DNA of 64,000 bases from Sneathiella sp. (GTDB lineage Bacteria; Pseudomonadota; Alphaproteobacteria; Sneathiellales; Sneathiellaceae), in NCBI RefSeq assembly GCF_036844445.1, contig NZ_DAIUFV010000001.1, positions 244,727-308,726 on the forward strand, written 5' to 3'. Position numbers and translations under genes: made by a program. The notes below the pieces were generated by a model that was not told the origin of the DNA, ran no database searches, and worked only from the letters and a program-made list of their open reading frames with translations. Positions 43,714 through 53,448 of the stretch are shown here, one piece after another. Position 1 is the first letter of the stretch; each line of letters opens with the position of its first letter.

Positions 43714-44850
43714 TTATAGATCGAGGCTGCGGGCGATGATGTTGCGCTGGATTTCGCTGGTTCCCTCGCCGATGACATAGACGAACGCATCGCGGTGGAA
43801 GCGGCCGACCGGATATTCGCGCATGATGCCGGCGCCGCCGTGAATGCGGATCGCCTGCTCCGAGACCTTGAGGGCGACTTCGGACGAGATCAGCTTGGCC
43901 TTAGAGGCAATCGGGTTGGTCAGCGTTTCCTGATCGACGCACCAGGCGGCGTGATAGACGATCCATTTCGCCGCTTCGATTTCCGCGGCCATGTCGGCGA
44001 GCTTGTGGGCAATCGCCTGGAAGTCGCCAACTTTCCGCTCGCCGATCTTCCGATCGCGGGCATAGGAGACGGAGGCATCCAGCGCGGCGCGCGCAATGCC
44101 GAGGGAGTTTGCCGCAACCCCAACGCGATTCTCGGTCAATGATTCGAGGATAACCGGGTAGGTTCCGGTCTCTCCGCCGAGCAGACAGTCATCGGGGACG
44201 AACGCATCGTTAATAAAAATGAGGCCGGTCTCCGAGCTGCGGATGCCTTCCTTCTTGAGCTTGTGGATTTCAAACCCCTTGTTTGGCATTTCAACTATAA
44301 ATAGACTGATCGAAGAGGGCTTCTGTTCGGGGGCGGTGCGCGCCGCGACCAGGATGAAGTCGGCGATTGGCGCATTGGTGATATACATTTTGGAGCCGTT
44401 CAGCTTCCAGCCGCCATCGACCTTCTCGGCGCGGGTTTTCAACGCGCGGATATTTGAGCCGACGTCCGGTTCACTAAGGCCGAACGCGGCGATTTTGTCG
44501 CCCGCGATGGCAGGTTTGAAAAAGCGCTCCTTCTGATCTTCGGTGCCGATTTTCCAGATCGGCCAGATGCCGAGGTGGGAATGGGCGGACATGCTGGAGG
44601 CGAAGGCCTGGCTGACATAGCTCAGCTCTTCGCGGATAATACAATCGCTGATTTTATCCATTCCGGTGCCGCCACTTTCAACCGGATATCGCGTCCCGAG
44701 TATTCCGAGATCACCCCATTTTTTGAACATTTCCTTTGGAAATGTCTCCGTTTCTTCGGCTTCAAAAACGAGAGGTTTTATTTCTGTCTCGCAAAAACGC
44801 TTGATCGTTTCACGAATTTGTTGTTGTTCCTCTGTGAAGGTGAAGTCCAT
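43714..44850 (-). CDS. Acyl-CoA dehydrogenase
   Basis: [19 protein letters not shown] start, [25 protein letters not shown] and [14 protein letters not shown]. The extension to 44934 is rejected. Confidence 0.9.
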   Translation of the reverse strand: MDFTFTEEQQQIRETIKRFCETEIKPLVFEAEETETFPKEMFKKWGDLGILGTRYPVESGGTGMDKISDCIIREELSYVSQAFASSMSAHSHLGIWPIWKIGTEDQKERFFKPAIAGDKIAAFGLSEPDVGSNIRALKTRAEKVDGGWKLNGSKMYITNAPIADFILVAARTAPEQKPSSISLFIVEMPNKGFEIHKLKKEGIRSSETGLIFINDAFVPDDCLLGGETGTYPVILESLTENRVGVAANSLGIARAALDASVSYARDRKIGERKVGDFQAIAHKLADMAAEIEAAKWIVYHAAWCVDQETLTNPIASKAKLISSEVALKVSEQAIRIHGGAGIMREYPVGRFHRDAFVYVIGEGTSEIQRNIIARSLDL

Positions 44851-45035
44851 GAAGATGGCTCCCTGTGCTACCGGCGTTATTGATAAAGATGTCAAAAGTT
44901 GTTCGGATTGGTGCAATCCAAAAACATATTGCATTCTTTATAAAAAACGATATTCTGTAAAGAGAATTTTTCCGGGGAAAATGGCACGACGAATCTGTGT
45001 CTGATAAACTATAATAAACTCTATCGGGAGGGTAG

Positions 45036-45569
45036 ATGATAAAACGATATCTAGATCGTCTCACCACGGGATTCAATTGGCTGGCCGGTCTTGCAATGCT
45101 CTTCATGATGCTGCAGATCGGTGTCGACGTCCTCAGTAAATATCTGTTCAACTATCCGTTTCTTTGGACGACCGATGTCGTAGCATCCTACCTGATGGTG
45201 GCGATTGTCTTCCTTCCGCTGGCGGGAGTGGAGCGTCAGAACAGTCAGATCCGGGTTGAGTTGCTGATCCAGCATATGAATTATCCGACACGCCGGGTCA
45301 TGGTGATTTTCACAACGATCGTGTCCATCGTCTATTTCGCAGGCATTACGTGGCGGACCTGGGGGGACGCGCTCGATAAATACCGGATCGGCGAATATGT
45401 GATGGGCGATTCGCAGGTAACGGTTTGGCCGGGGCGGTTTTTCCTGCCGCTCGGCTGCGGGCTTCTCACAATTTATCTGTTCTACAAATTGTGGCAACTG
45501 ATCGCCGATAAAGAGTACCTGAAATCAGAAGAAGAGCTCGCAGCCTCGGGGGAAATGGTCGATGAGTGA
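45036..45569 (+). CDS. TRAP transporter small permease (DctQ family)
   Basis: 177-aa four-TM protein after a gggaggg RBS. 8-nt overlap with the dctM gene. Confidence 0.85.
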   Translation: MIKRYLDRLTTGFNWLAGLAMLFMMLQIGVDVLSKYLFNYPFLWTTDVVASYLMVAIVFLPLAGVERQNSQIRVELLIQHMNYPTRRVMVIFTTIVSIVYFAGITWRTWGDALDKYRIGEYVMGDSQVTVWPGRFFLPLGCGLLTIYLFYKLWQLIADKEYLKSEEELAASGEMVDE

Positions 45570-46869
45570 TATTCAGATTGGTTTTGCCGGGCTGGCCATT
45601 ATGGTTTTGCTCATGCTGCTCTATGTCCCGGTTGGTGTGGCATTGGGGCTGGTGGGCGCGCTTGGAATTTTCGTTCTTATGGGGCCGGGCGCGATGTGGG
45701 GGATTATTACTGCAATCCCTTACGATTTTGCGGCTCACTGGACATTGAGTTCGGTCCCAATGTTTCTGCTGATGGGATATGTAGCCTATCATGCGCAGCT
45801 GACGGACGGTCTTTTCCGCACCGCGCGGCTCTGGCTCTCGGCGCTGCCGGGCGGCCTTGCGATTGCATCCATTGGCGGTGCGGCCGGCTTTTCGGCTGTC
45901 ACGGGATCGAGTATCGCCTGTGCGGCGGCCATGGGCCGTATCGCGGTGCCGGAGATGCTTCGCTATAACTACGACAAGGGCCTTTCGGCCGGCGTTGTGG
46001 CGGCGGCCGGTACTATTGGCTCGATGATTCCGCCGAGCATCATCCTGCTGATCTACGGCGTTTTCGCCGAAGTGCCGATCGGCAAACTGTTTGTCGCCGG
46101 TGTCATCCCGGGCATTCTGACGGCCGTCATGTTCGCGGCGATGGTCATCATTCGCGTCAAAATCAACCCGGAGCTTGCGCCGAGCTTTGTCGAGCGTCCG
46201 ACCTGGGCCGAGCGTTTCGTGTCGCTGAGTGAAACCTGGCCGTTGCTGCTCATTATTGTCGCCGTTGTCGGCGGCCTCTTCCTCGGTATTTTTACGCCGA
46301 CAGAGGCCGGTGCGGTCGGCGCGCTTATGGCATTCTTTGTTGCAACGCTCCGCGGCAAGCTCAGCATCAGGCTGATCAAGGACAGTACCCTTGAGACGCT
46401 GATCAGCACGGCATCGATCTTTGTGATCGCCATCGGTGCCGCAATCCTGACCCGCTTTCTTGCATTGACCGGGGTTCCGGATTTTCTTTCGATCACGGTT
46501 CTCGAGACGGTTTCGGACCCGTTCATGATCCTGGTGGGCATGGCCGTGGTCTATCTGATCCTCGGGATGTTCCTTGATCCAATCGGAATTATGCTGCTGA
46601 CGCTGCCAATTTTCCTGCCCGTGGTTGAAGCGGCGGATATCAGCCTGATCTGGTTTGGTATCCTGATGTGCAAGTTCCTGGAAATCGGCCTGATTACGCC
46701 GCCCGTCGGTCTCAACGTCTTTGTGATCAAGGGGATTGTCGGCGACAGGATATCGACCATGACCATCTTCAAGGGAATCGCATGGTTCCTTGTCGCCGAC
46801 ATTATTACGACGACGCTGATGATGGTGTTCCCGGCGATCAGCTTGTGGCTACCCGGTTTCATGAAATGA
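45562..46869 (+). CDS. TRAP transporter large permease (DctM family)
   Basis: 435 aa with SAVTGSSIACAAAMG, MIPPSI, GVIPGIL and ITPPVGLNVF segments. Confidence 0.9.
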   Translation: MSDIQIGFAGLAIMVLLMLLYVPVGVALGLVGALGIFVLMGPGAMWGIITAIPYDFAAHWTLSSVPMFLLMGYVAYHAQLTDGLFRTARLWLSALPGGLAIASIGGAAGFSAVTGSSIACAAAMGRIAVPEMLRYNYDKGLSAGVVAAAGTIGSMIPPSIILLIYGVFAEVPIGKLFVAGVIPGILTAVMFAAMVIIRVKINPELAPSFVERPTWAERFVSLSETWPLLLIIVAVVGGLFLGIFTPTEAGAVGALMAFFVATLRGKLSIRLIKDSTLETLISTASIFVIAIGAAILTRFLALTGVPDFLSITVLETVSDPFMILVGMAVVYLILGMFLDPIGIMLLTLPIFLPVVEAADISLIWFGILMCKFLEIGLITPPVGLNVFVIKGIVGDRISTMTIFKGIAWFLVADIITTTLMMVFPAISLWLPGFMK

Positions 46870-46947
46870 TGGCATCATGGATCCGAAAGCTGTGTTTACC
46901 TGGTAAGTTTACTGTCAAATTAACGAAGAAGAACGACCAGTAAGAGC

Positions 46948-46984
46948 GGGCATAAGCAGGAGGCTTGAACTTCATGCCCTTTTT
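46948..46984 (+). terminator. Possible hairpin/attenuator between dctM and the downstream SBP gene
   Basis: GGGCATAAG...CTTCATGCCC imperfect stem followed by TTTTT. It sits just upstream of the aaggagagg RBS of the SBP gene. Confidence 0.3.
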
Positions 46985-47005
46985 AAAAAGGAGAGGATAA
47001 ACAAA

Positions 47006-48145
47006 ATGAAAACTGCACTTTCAAAAATTTCACTGGTCGCCGGGGTAGCGCTTGCCGCGTCCGCCGCGTTCGCCAGTGTTTCGGTTGCCGCGGAGGGCCG
47101 TTTCGCGTCCTTCGTGTCACCGAAGAACCCGGTGGTCGAATATGGCGCGGTCCCGTTCATTGAGCGGGTCACGAAGGAAACCAACGGCGAGCTGACCTAT
47201 AAGATGTATGCCGGCGGCGCGCTGCTGGGCGGCAAGAATATGGTGAGCGGGCTCGCCGACGGTGTGGCCGATATCGGTCAGATCGTTTTCGGTTACTATC
47301 CGGCCGAGTTCCCGTACGCCAGCCTGATTGCCGATATGGCGATCTATGGAAAATATGCGCCGGCTGTCGCCGCCGCGGTTACGGAATTCAACTTCATGCA
47401 CTGCCAGGGCTGCCTGGATGACTACAAGCGCAATGGCCTTGTCATCCTCGGCTCCACCAGCACCTCGGCCTACCAGTTGCTGGCAAAGGAAGACGTGAGC
47501 AACGTTGAATCGCTGAAGGGCAAGAAGATCCGCACCGCGGGCGCTCTGTGGTCACGATGGGCAACCTCTGTTGGGGCTGTCCCGGTTTCCGCTCCGTCCA
47601 GCGAAATGTATGAGCAGATGTCCCGCGGCCAGGTGGAAATCGCCATTCAGCCGACCGGCGCTCTGAAAAGCCACAGCATCTGGGATGTGGGTAAAGACGT
47701 TGTCATGCTGAACCTCGGCACCTATCCGTCCTGGGGCATCTTCTCCTTCAGCGCCAAGCATTGGGCGTCGCTCTCCAACGAGCACCGCACTATCCTGATG
47801 AAGAATGCGGCGATCGGCCTGATCGAAGCCGCTCTCGGCTACATGGTTCTCGATGAGGAAGTCGAAGCTGTCGCGGCTGAAAAGGGCGTCAAGCTCATCA
47901 AGCCGTCTGAAGGCCTGGTCAACTCGGTCACCGAGTTCCTCAAGAACGACCGCGCGACCGTCATCGAAATGGCGAAGACCAAGTATAACATCGCAGACCC
48001 TGAGCCGCTCATGGACAAATATGTCGAGCTGATCAACAAGTGGGAAGCGAAGTTCGAGCCGGTCCGCGGTGACAAGGACGCCATGGCGCAGATGCTGTGG
48101 GATGAGGTGATGTCGAAAGTTGATGTTGCGACCTTCGGTCAATAA
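47006..48145 (+). CDS. TRAP-type substrate-binding protein (DctP-family-like), gene order QMP
   Basis: Signal peptide MKTALSKISLVAGVALAASAAFASVSVAA, then ...ERVTKETNGELTYKMYAGGALLG. Positioned after the Q and M genes. Confidence 0.7.
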   Translation: MKTALSKISLVAGVALAASAAFASVSVAAEGRFASFVSPKNPVVEYGAVPFIERVTKETNGELTYKMYAGGALLGGKNMVSGLADGVADIGQIVFGYYPAEFPYASLIADMAIYGKYAPAVAAAVTEFNFMHCQGCLDDYKRNGLVILGSTSTSAYQLLAKEDVSNVESLKGKKIRTAGALWSRWATSVGAVPVSAPSSEMYEQMSRGQVEIAIQPTGALKSHSIWDVGKDVVMLNLGTYPSWGIFSFSAKHWASLSNEHRTILMKNAAIGLIEAALGYMVLDEEVEAVAAEKGVKLIKPSEGLVNSVTEFLKNDRATVIEMAKTKYNIADPEPLMDKYVELINKWEAKFEPVRGDKDAMAQMLWDEVMSKVDVATFGQ

Positions 48146-48166
48146 TATCTTCCAGAGACGATACGA

Positions 48167-48197
48167 AAGAGCCGAGATTTTCTCGGCTCTTTTTTTA
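48167..48197 (+). terminator. Rho-independent terminator
   Basis: AGAGCCGAGATTTTCTCGGCTCTTTTTTT: a perfect 9-10 bp stem plus a T-run, immediately after the SBP stop. Confidence 0.85.
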
Positions 48198-48252
48198 TGC
48201 GTCGGGGGTATCAGGGCGGGTTCCCCCGCCAGAGGAGGGGGGGGGCGGGGCC

Positions 48253-49083
48253 TCAGCGGGCCGAGGCGCCCTGTATGGCGGCGGTGACGGTCGAGGTGGC
48301 GCGGGTGACCGCGGCGATGATTTTCTCGAGCTTCTCGGGGTCGAGCTGCGCGGTCACGGCGATCGCGCTCACGGTCATGACGGGAAGGCCATCGGCGCCG
48401 AATATCGGTGAGGAAATCGTCGTAAAGCCGCGCGAGAAGTTTCCTTCATCGATGGCGTATTTGCTCTTCCTCACCTCGTCGAGACTGTTATACCAGTCTT
48501 CGAACGACGCCGGGTTTTCGATCCGTATCCGGCCATAGGCGGCCTTGAGTTGCTGCTTCGTCATCCCTGAAAAGGCGGCGAAGCAGCGCCCGAGCGCGCC
48601 GACGAAGTAGGGCAGGCGCTGGCCGATACTCATATGGATGCTGATAACGGAGCCGGAGCTTGCGTTGGCGATCAGCATGACGCGCTCGCCGGGGATTTTA
48701 TGCCACAGCGTCAGCGTCACCTGATTTTCTTTTGAGATATCATCGAGCAGCGGCTGGATCATGCGCACAAGGCTCGCGCTGTTGAGCGCGGAGTGCGCGA
48801 TTTCGACAAGGCCGAGGCCGACCTGATAGGTTTTTGTGTCCGCATTGAAGACGACGAGGCCCTCATGCACGAGCGTCCGCAGCAGATTGAAGCAGGTGCT
48901 CGGGTTGATGTTGAGGTCGCGGGCGACCTGTGTCACGCCGAGCGGCATATTGTTCGCGGCAAGATACCGCAGGATGCTGATACCGCTTACCAGTGCGCCG
49001 ACGAGTTTGGGGTGGGGAGCTGTGTCATTATCCATATGCGTTCGCTGTATATCCATACATAACAATTCGGGCAGAGGGCGCAC
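48253..49083 (-). CDS. IclR-family transcriptional regulator
   Basis: LVGALVSGISILRYLAANNMPLGVTQVARDLNINPSTCFNLLRTLVHEGLV winged HTH plus a C-terminal effector domain. The true start may be a downstream ATG (49056 or 49035). Confidence 0.88.
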   Translation of the reverse strand: MRPLPELLCMDIQRTHMDNDTAPHPKLVGALVSGISILRYLAANNMPLGVTQVARDLNINPSTCFNLLRTLVHEGLVVFNADTKTYQVGLGLVEIAHSALNSASLVRMIQPLLDDISKENQVTLTLWHKIPGERVMLIANASSGSVISIHMSIGQRLPYFVGALGRCFAAFSGMTKQQLKAAYGRIRIENPASFEDWYNSLDEVRKSKYAIDEGNFSRGFTTISSPIFGADGLPVMTVSAIAVTAQLDPEKLEKIIAAVTRATSTVTAAIQGASAR

Positions 49084-49413
49084 TTGTCGAGATACTGAGC
49101 AGGTCTGGCGCAGTCATTCGGATGAGCGGCGAATTATAACATAACCTTCGAGCGGTCAAACATTTATGGCTGCATTCCGTGAAATGTTTCATGTTAGATG
49201 AAATGCCGCCTGTTCTGTTGCTCCCTCGATGCTTTCCGCTTAACCTTCAGAAGATACTTTTGTATCCTTCCAAGGTGACGCGGGTGACCTGACTTTTCGG
49301 GCCCCTTCCGGATTGCTGCCTTGCCTGTTCATATTCTCTTGACAGAAGAGTATTCTCATATAGAAATATATGCAAGGCAATTATTGCAGTCCCCCTTCAT
49401 TCAGGATGGCATA

Positions 49414-50403
49414 ATGAACTCAAAAAAAGCGGACAATGCCGCGGCCAAATCGCAGTTACTGGGATTTTACGAGCGAATGCTTCTGGTCCGGGAAGCCGAG
49501 AACAGGCTTGCCGCGCTGTTTGCCGACGGGGAGGTTCCGGGCTTCATTCATTTGAGCGTCGGGCAGGAGGCGGTCTCTGTCGGCGTCACCTCTGCGCTTG
49601 AGGCGAAAGATACGCTTGCCTCCAATCACCGCGGGCATGGGCACGCGCTCTCCAAGGGCGTTGATCTTGAGTCGTTCTTTCTCGAAGTTATGGGCAAGGA
49701 GGAGGGGATCTGCGGCGGTCGCGGCGGCTCCATGCATGTCGCCGATATGTCGGTGGGGATGCTGGGGGCGAATGGTATTGTCGGCGCGGGCATCCCGCTC
49801 AGCGTTGGCAGTGCGCTTGCGCATCAGGTGCAGGGCAACGGCGCGATTGCGGTCGCTTTCTTCGGTGATGGCGCGCTCGCCGAGGGCGTGCTTCATGAGA
49901 GTTTCAACCTCGCGGCGCTCTGGAAGCTGCCGCTTCTCTTCGTCTGCGAAAATAACGGATGGTCTGAATTCTCGCCGGCAAGCCAGCAGTTTGTCGCCAA
50001 GGTTCTCGATCTTGCCGCGTCTTTCTCGATCCCTGCAAAACGGGTGAACGGGAATAACGTCCTTGATGTCTATGAAGCGGCGTCCGAGCTTGCCGAAGCG
50101 GCGCGAAGCGGCAAGGGGCCGCAGCTTCTCGAATGCATCACGCACCGCGTGCGCGGGCATTTCGAGGGGGATCCGCAGAAATACCGCTCGCAAGATGAAA
50201 TGGCGAGCGTGACCGAGCATGATCCGATTGCGGCGTTTGAGGACATGCTCGCGGCGAAGCGGATCGGCAAAGGCGACCTGCAGGAAATCCGCGCGCGGAT
50301 AGGCGAGCGAATTGCGCGCGCGGTCGAGACCGGCCGGGCCGGGACAGCGCCCGATTTCGAGCGGGCGAAAGCCGATGTTTACACCGCCGAGGAGGCATCC
50401 TGA
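49414..50403 (+). CDS. 2-oxoacid dehydrogenase E1 component alpha subunit (ThDP-dependent; AcoA/PdhA/BkdA1-like)
   Basis: FYERMLLVREAENRL, GFIHLSVGQEA and FFGDGALAEGVLHESFNLAALWKLPLLFVCENNGW (ThDP GDG...NN motif). The ORF-track start at 49321 is rejected. Confidence 0.9.
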   Translation: MNSKKADNAAAKSQLLGFYERMLLVREAENRLAALFADGEVPGFIHLSVGQEAVSVGVTSALEAKDTLASNHRGHGHALSKGVDLESFFLEVMGKEEGICGGRGGSMHVADMSVGMLGANGIVGAGIPLSVGSALAHQVQGNGAIAVAFFGDGALAEGVLHESFNLAALWKLPLLFVCENNGWSEFSPASQQFVAKVLDLAASFSIPAKRVNGNNVLDVYEAASELAEAARSGKGPQLLECITHRVRGHFEGDPQKYRSQDEMASVTEHDPIAAFEDMLAAKRIGKGDLQEIRARIGERIARAVETGRAGTAPDFERAKADVYTAEEAS

Positions 50404-50405
50404 CA

Positions 50406-51380
50406 ATGGCCGAAGTAAGATTTGCCAAAGCCATCAACATGGCGCTCGACGAAGCGCTGGGTAGCGATCCGTCCGTTGTCGTCTTCGGGGAGGATCTGGC
50501 GCAGGCGGGCGGGCCGTTTGGCGTGACGCGCGGCCTGCTCGATGCACATGGGGCAAACCGCGTGCGCGATACGCCAATCTCGGAAGCGACGATCGTGAGC
50601 GCCGCCGTTGGCGCCGCGATGAGCGGCCTCAAGCCCGTTGTCGAGATCATGTTCATGGATTTCGTCACCCTCGCCATGGACGGGCTGGTCAACCAGGCGG
50701 CGAAGGCGCGGTTCATGTTTGGCGGGCAGGGATCGGTCCCGATGGTGCTGCGCACTCCGCACGGCGGCGGCGTCAATGCAGGGCCGCAGCATTCGCAGTG
50801 TCTGGAGGCGTGGTTCTCCCATATCCCCGGCCTTAAAGTCGTCGTGCCGAGCAATCCGTCCGATGCCTATCATCTGCTGAAAGCCGCGATCAACGATCCC
50901 GACCCCGTCATTTTCGTTGAGAACAAGGCGATGTATTCGATGAAGGGCGATCTCGATCCTGCGGGCGCTCCCGTCCGCCTTGGGGAGGCGCATATCGCGC
51001 GTGAGGGGACGGATGTCACCCTCGTCACCTACGGGGCGGCGGTTCACACGGCGCTCCGCGCCGCCGATGCGCTCGCCGCGCGGAACATCTCGCTTGAGGT
51101 CATCGACCTTCGCTCGCTGCAGCCCTGGGATGAGGCAACGGTGCTCGCCTCCCTGTCGCGCACTCATCGCCTCGTCATTCTGCATGAGGCGGTGACGCCG
51201 TTCGGTGTCGGGGCGGAAATCGCGGCGCGCATGGCCGATGTCGGCTTTGATGAGCTCGATGCGCCGATCCTTCGTGTCGGTGCGCCCTTCATGCCGGTCC
51301 CCTTCGCGAAATCCCTTGAAAGTCGCTATCTACCTGACGCCGATGATGTTATCGCGGCTGTGGAAAAGGTTCTTGCCTAA
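50406..51380 (+). CDS. 2-oxoacid dehydrogenase E1 component beta subunit
   Basis: FGEDLAQAGGPFGVTRGL, RVRDTPISEA and a transketolase-like C-terminal domain. 324 aa. Confidence 0.9.
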   Translation: MAEVRFAKAINMALDEALGSDPSVVVFGEDLAQAGGPFGVTRGLLDAHGANRVRDTPISEATIVSAAVGAAMSGLKPVVEIMFMDFVTLAMDGLVNQAAKARFMFGGQGSVPMVLRTPHGGGVNAGPQHSQCLEAWFSHIPGLKVVVPSNPSDAYHLLKAAINDPDPVIFVENKAMYSMKGDLDPAGAPVRLGEAHIAREGTDVTLVTYGAAVHTALRAADALAARNISLEVIDLRSLQPWDEATVLASLSRTHRLVILHEAVTPFGVGAEIAARMADVGFDELDAPILRVGAPFMPVPFAKSLESRYLPDADDVIAAVEKVLA

Positions 51381-51397
51381 TAACCGGAGATAAAACA

Positions 51398-52183
51398 ATG
51401 GCCGAAAAAGCAATTCTGATCGACAGGGACGGACCCGTCGCGACGCTGACAATCAACCGCCCCAAAACGCTGAACGCGCTCGATGTCCCGACATTGCTGG
51501 AGATGGAAAAGGCGCTCGACCAGCTTGAGCGCGATGATGAGGTGCGGGTGATCGTCTTCACCGGCGCCGGTGATCGCGCGTTCGTCGCGGGCGGCGATAT
51601 CGGCGATCTCAACTCGCGCCAGGGCCTTGCCCATTATGAAGAATTTGCCGAGGTCGTTCACCGGGTTTTCCGCCGCATCGAATCTTGCGACAAGCCGACC
51701 ATCGCCGCCGTCAACGGCTGGGCGCTTGGCGGCGGGACGGAGCTGATCCTCGCCATCGATATCCGCATCCTGTCCGAAAAGGCGCGGCTTGGCCTTCCCG
51801 AAATCACCCTCGGGCTTTTCCCGGGCGCCGGCGGGACGCAGCGGCTGATCCGTCAGATCCCGCTCTGCCGGGCGAAAGAAATCATGTTTACCGGCGATCA
51901 CATCAGCGCCGAAGAGGCAGTCTCTTACGGCCTTGCAAACAAGGTTGTGCCCGCCGACGAGCTTGCAAGCACGGTCAAGGAGCTGGCCGACAAGATCGCC
52001 CACAAGTCGCCGCTGGTCCTCAAGCTGCTGAAACGCGGCCTGCTGCATGGCGGCGATATGCCGCTCTCGGCGGCGCTGCCCTATGAGCAGAGCTTGATCG
52101 GGCTTGTTCTTGATTCCGCAGACGCTCACGAAGGCTGCTCGGCGTTCCTCGAAAAAAGGCCCGCTCAGTTCAAAGGGAAGTAA
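51398..52183 (+). CDS. Enoyl-CoA hydratase (canonical crotonase)
   Basis: LTINRPKTLNAL, AFVAGGDI, AAVNGWALGGGTELILAIDIR and LGLPEITLGLFPGAGGTQRL (catalytic Glu present). Confidence 0.9.
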   Translation: MAEKAILIDRDGPVATLTINRPKTLNALDVPTLLEMEKALDQLERDDEVRVIVFTGAGDRAFVAGGDIGDLNSRQGLAHYEEFAEVVHRVFRRIESCDKPTIAAVNGWALGGGTELILAIDIRILSEKARLGLPEITLGLFPGAGGTQRLIRQIPLCRAKEIMFTGDHISAEEAVSYGLANKVVPADELASTVKELADKIAHKSPLVLKLLKRGLLHGGDMPLSAALPYEQSLIGLVLDSADAHEGCSAFLEKRPAQFKGK

Positions 52184-52185
52184 GC

Positions 52186-53433
52186 ATGGCACAAGGCAGC
52201 GCGTTACTGATGCCGAAACTCGGGCTGACCATGACGGAGGGGAACATCTCCGAATGGCTCATCACCCCCGGCGAGACGTTCCGCAAGGGCGATATCCTTC
52301 TGGTGGTCGAGACGGAAAAGATCGCCAACGAGATTGAAGCCCCGGCGGACGGCGTGCTGTTTGACATTCTGACGCCCGCCGGTGAGACGGTCCCCGTCGG
52401 CACGCCGATCGCCCGCTGGGATATCGGCGGCGGAGGAGCGGGCGCAGCGACAGCAGAGGATAGGGCCGCTGCCCCGGCCGAGCCCGGCCGTGAAGAGACC
52501 GCCCCGCCGCTCGCAACAAATCCGCCCGCCGCGCCGCACACCGGCGAGACTGGCGCCGGCGCGCGTATTATCGCAACGCCGCTCGCCCGGCGCCTTGCCC
52601 GGCAGAATTCCCTTGATCTTGCCGCGGTCAGCGGTTCCGGCCCGCGCGGGCGGGTCAAGGCGGAGGATGTGAAGCGGGCGCTCTCGGCCGAGCCCGCGCG
52701 CGCATCCGTTGCCGCAGCTACGGCTGCCGCGGCTACGGCCGCGACGGCCGCGTCGCTCACGCGCGCGGCAACCGCTTATGAAGCCACCGTTGCCCGCCGC
52801 CTTACGGAAGCAAAGCGCGACACGCCGCATTTCTATCTTGCGACGGAAGCGAATGTCGGGCGGCTGATTGAGCTGAAAGAGCAGCTTGAGGGCGAGCTTG
52901 ATCTCAAAATCAGCATCAATCACCTCATCATCGCAGCCGTTGCCCGCGCGCTTGAAAGCAATCCGAAGGCCAACTCCGTCTGGCGCGACGGGCAGATCGT
53001 GCAATTCGCCAGCATCGATATCGGGATGGCGGTGAATACCGATAAGGGACTCTATGCGCCTGTCCTTCGCGATCTCGGAGATAAGGATATCCGCAGCCTT
53101 GCCGAGGTGGCGCGGGAAATGGTGGCGCGGGCGCGGGGCGAACGGCTGACGGGTGATGATCTTGCGGGCGGCGCGACGACCATCTCCAACGCCGGCATGT
53201 TCGATGTCACCTATATGAGCTCGATCATCAATCCGGGCCAGTCCTCGATCCTCGGCGTTGGCAGCATCCGCGACGTCTTTCGCCCGAACAAGAAGGGCAA
53301 GCCGGTTCTTTGCCGGGAGATGGGGCTCGTCCTCTCCTGCGATCATCGGATCTTCGATGGCGTCAGCGGTCTCGCCTTCCTGAACAGTATCAAATCATAT
53401 CTCGAAAAGCCGCTGCAGCTGCTGATCAACTAG
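52186..53433 (+). CDS. Dihydrolipoamide acyltransferase (E2 component of a 2-oxoacid dehydrogenase complex)
   Basis: Lipoyl domain (LVVETEKIANEIEAP), Ala/Pro-rich linkers, a peripheral-subunit-binding domain (IATPLARRLARQNSLDLAAVSGSGPRGRV) and a catalytic domain with SCDHRIFDG. Confidence 0.92.
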   Translation: MAQGSALLMPKLGLTMTEGNISEWLITPGETFRKGDILLVVETEKIANEIEAPADGVLFDILTPAGETVPVGTPIARWDIGGGGAGAATAEDRAAAPAEPGREETAPPLATNPPAAPHTGETGAGARIIATPLARRLARQNSLDLAAVSGSGPRGRVKAEDVKRALSAEPARASVAAATAAAATAATAASLTRAATAYEATVARRLTEAKRDTPHFYLATEANVGRLIELKEQLEGELDLKISINHLIIAAVARALESNPKANSVWRDGQIVQFASIDIGMAVNTDKGLYAPVLRDLGDKDIRSLAEVAREMVARARGERLTGDDLAGGATTISNAGMFDVTYMSSIINPGQSSILGVGSIRDVFRPNKKGKPVLCREMGLVLSCDHRIFDGVSGLAFLNSIKSYLEKPLQLLIN

Positions 53434-53448
53434 AAAAAGGGAAAAAAC

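Noticed and set aside
52430-52760. Repetitive GCN-rich DNA (runs such as GCCGCAGCTACGGCTGCCGCGGCTACGGCCGCGACGGCC) that looked like a tandem repeat.
   Set aside because: It encodes the Ala/Pro/Thr-rich flexible linkers of the E2 acyltransferase, between the lipoyl, PSBD and catalytic domains. It is in frame and typical of E2 proteins, not a repeat element or CRISPR array.
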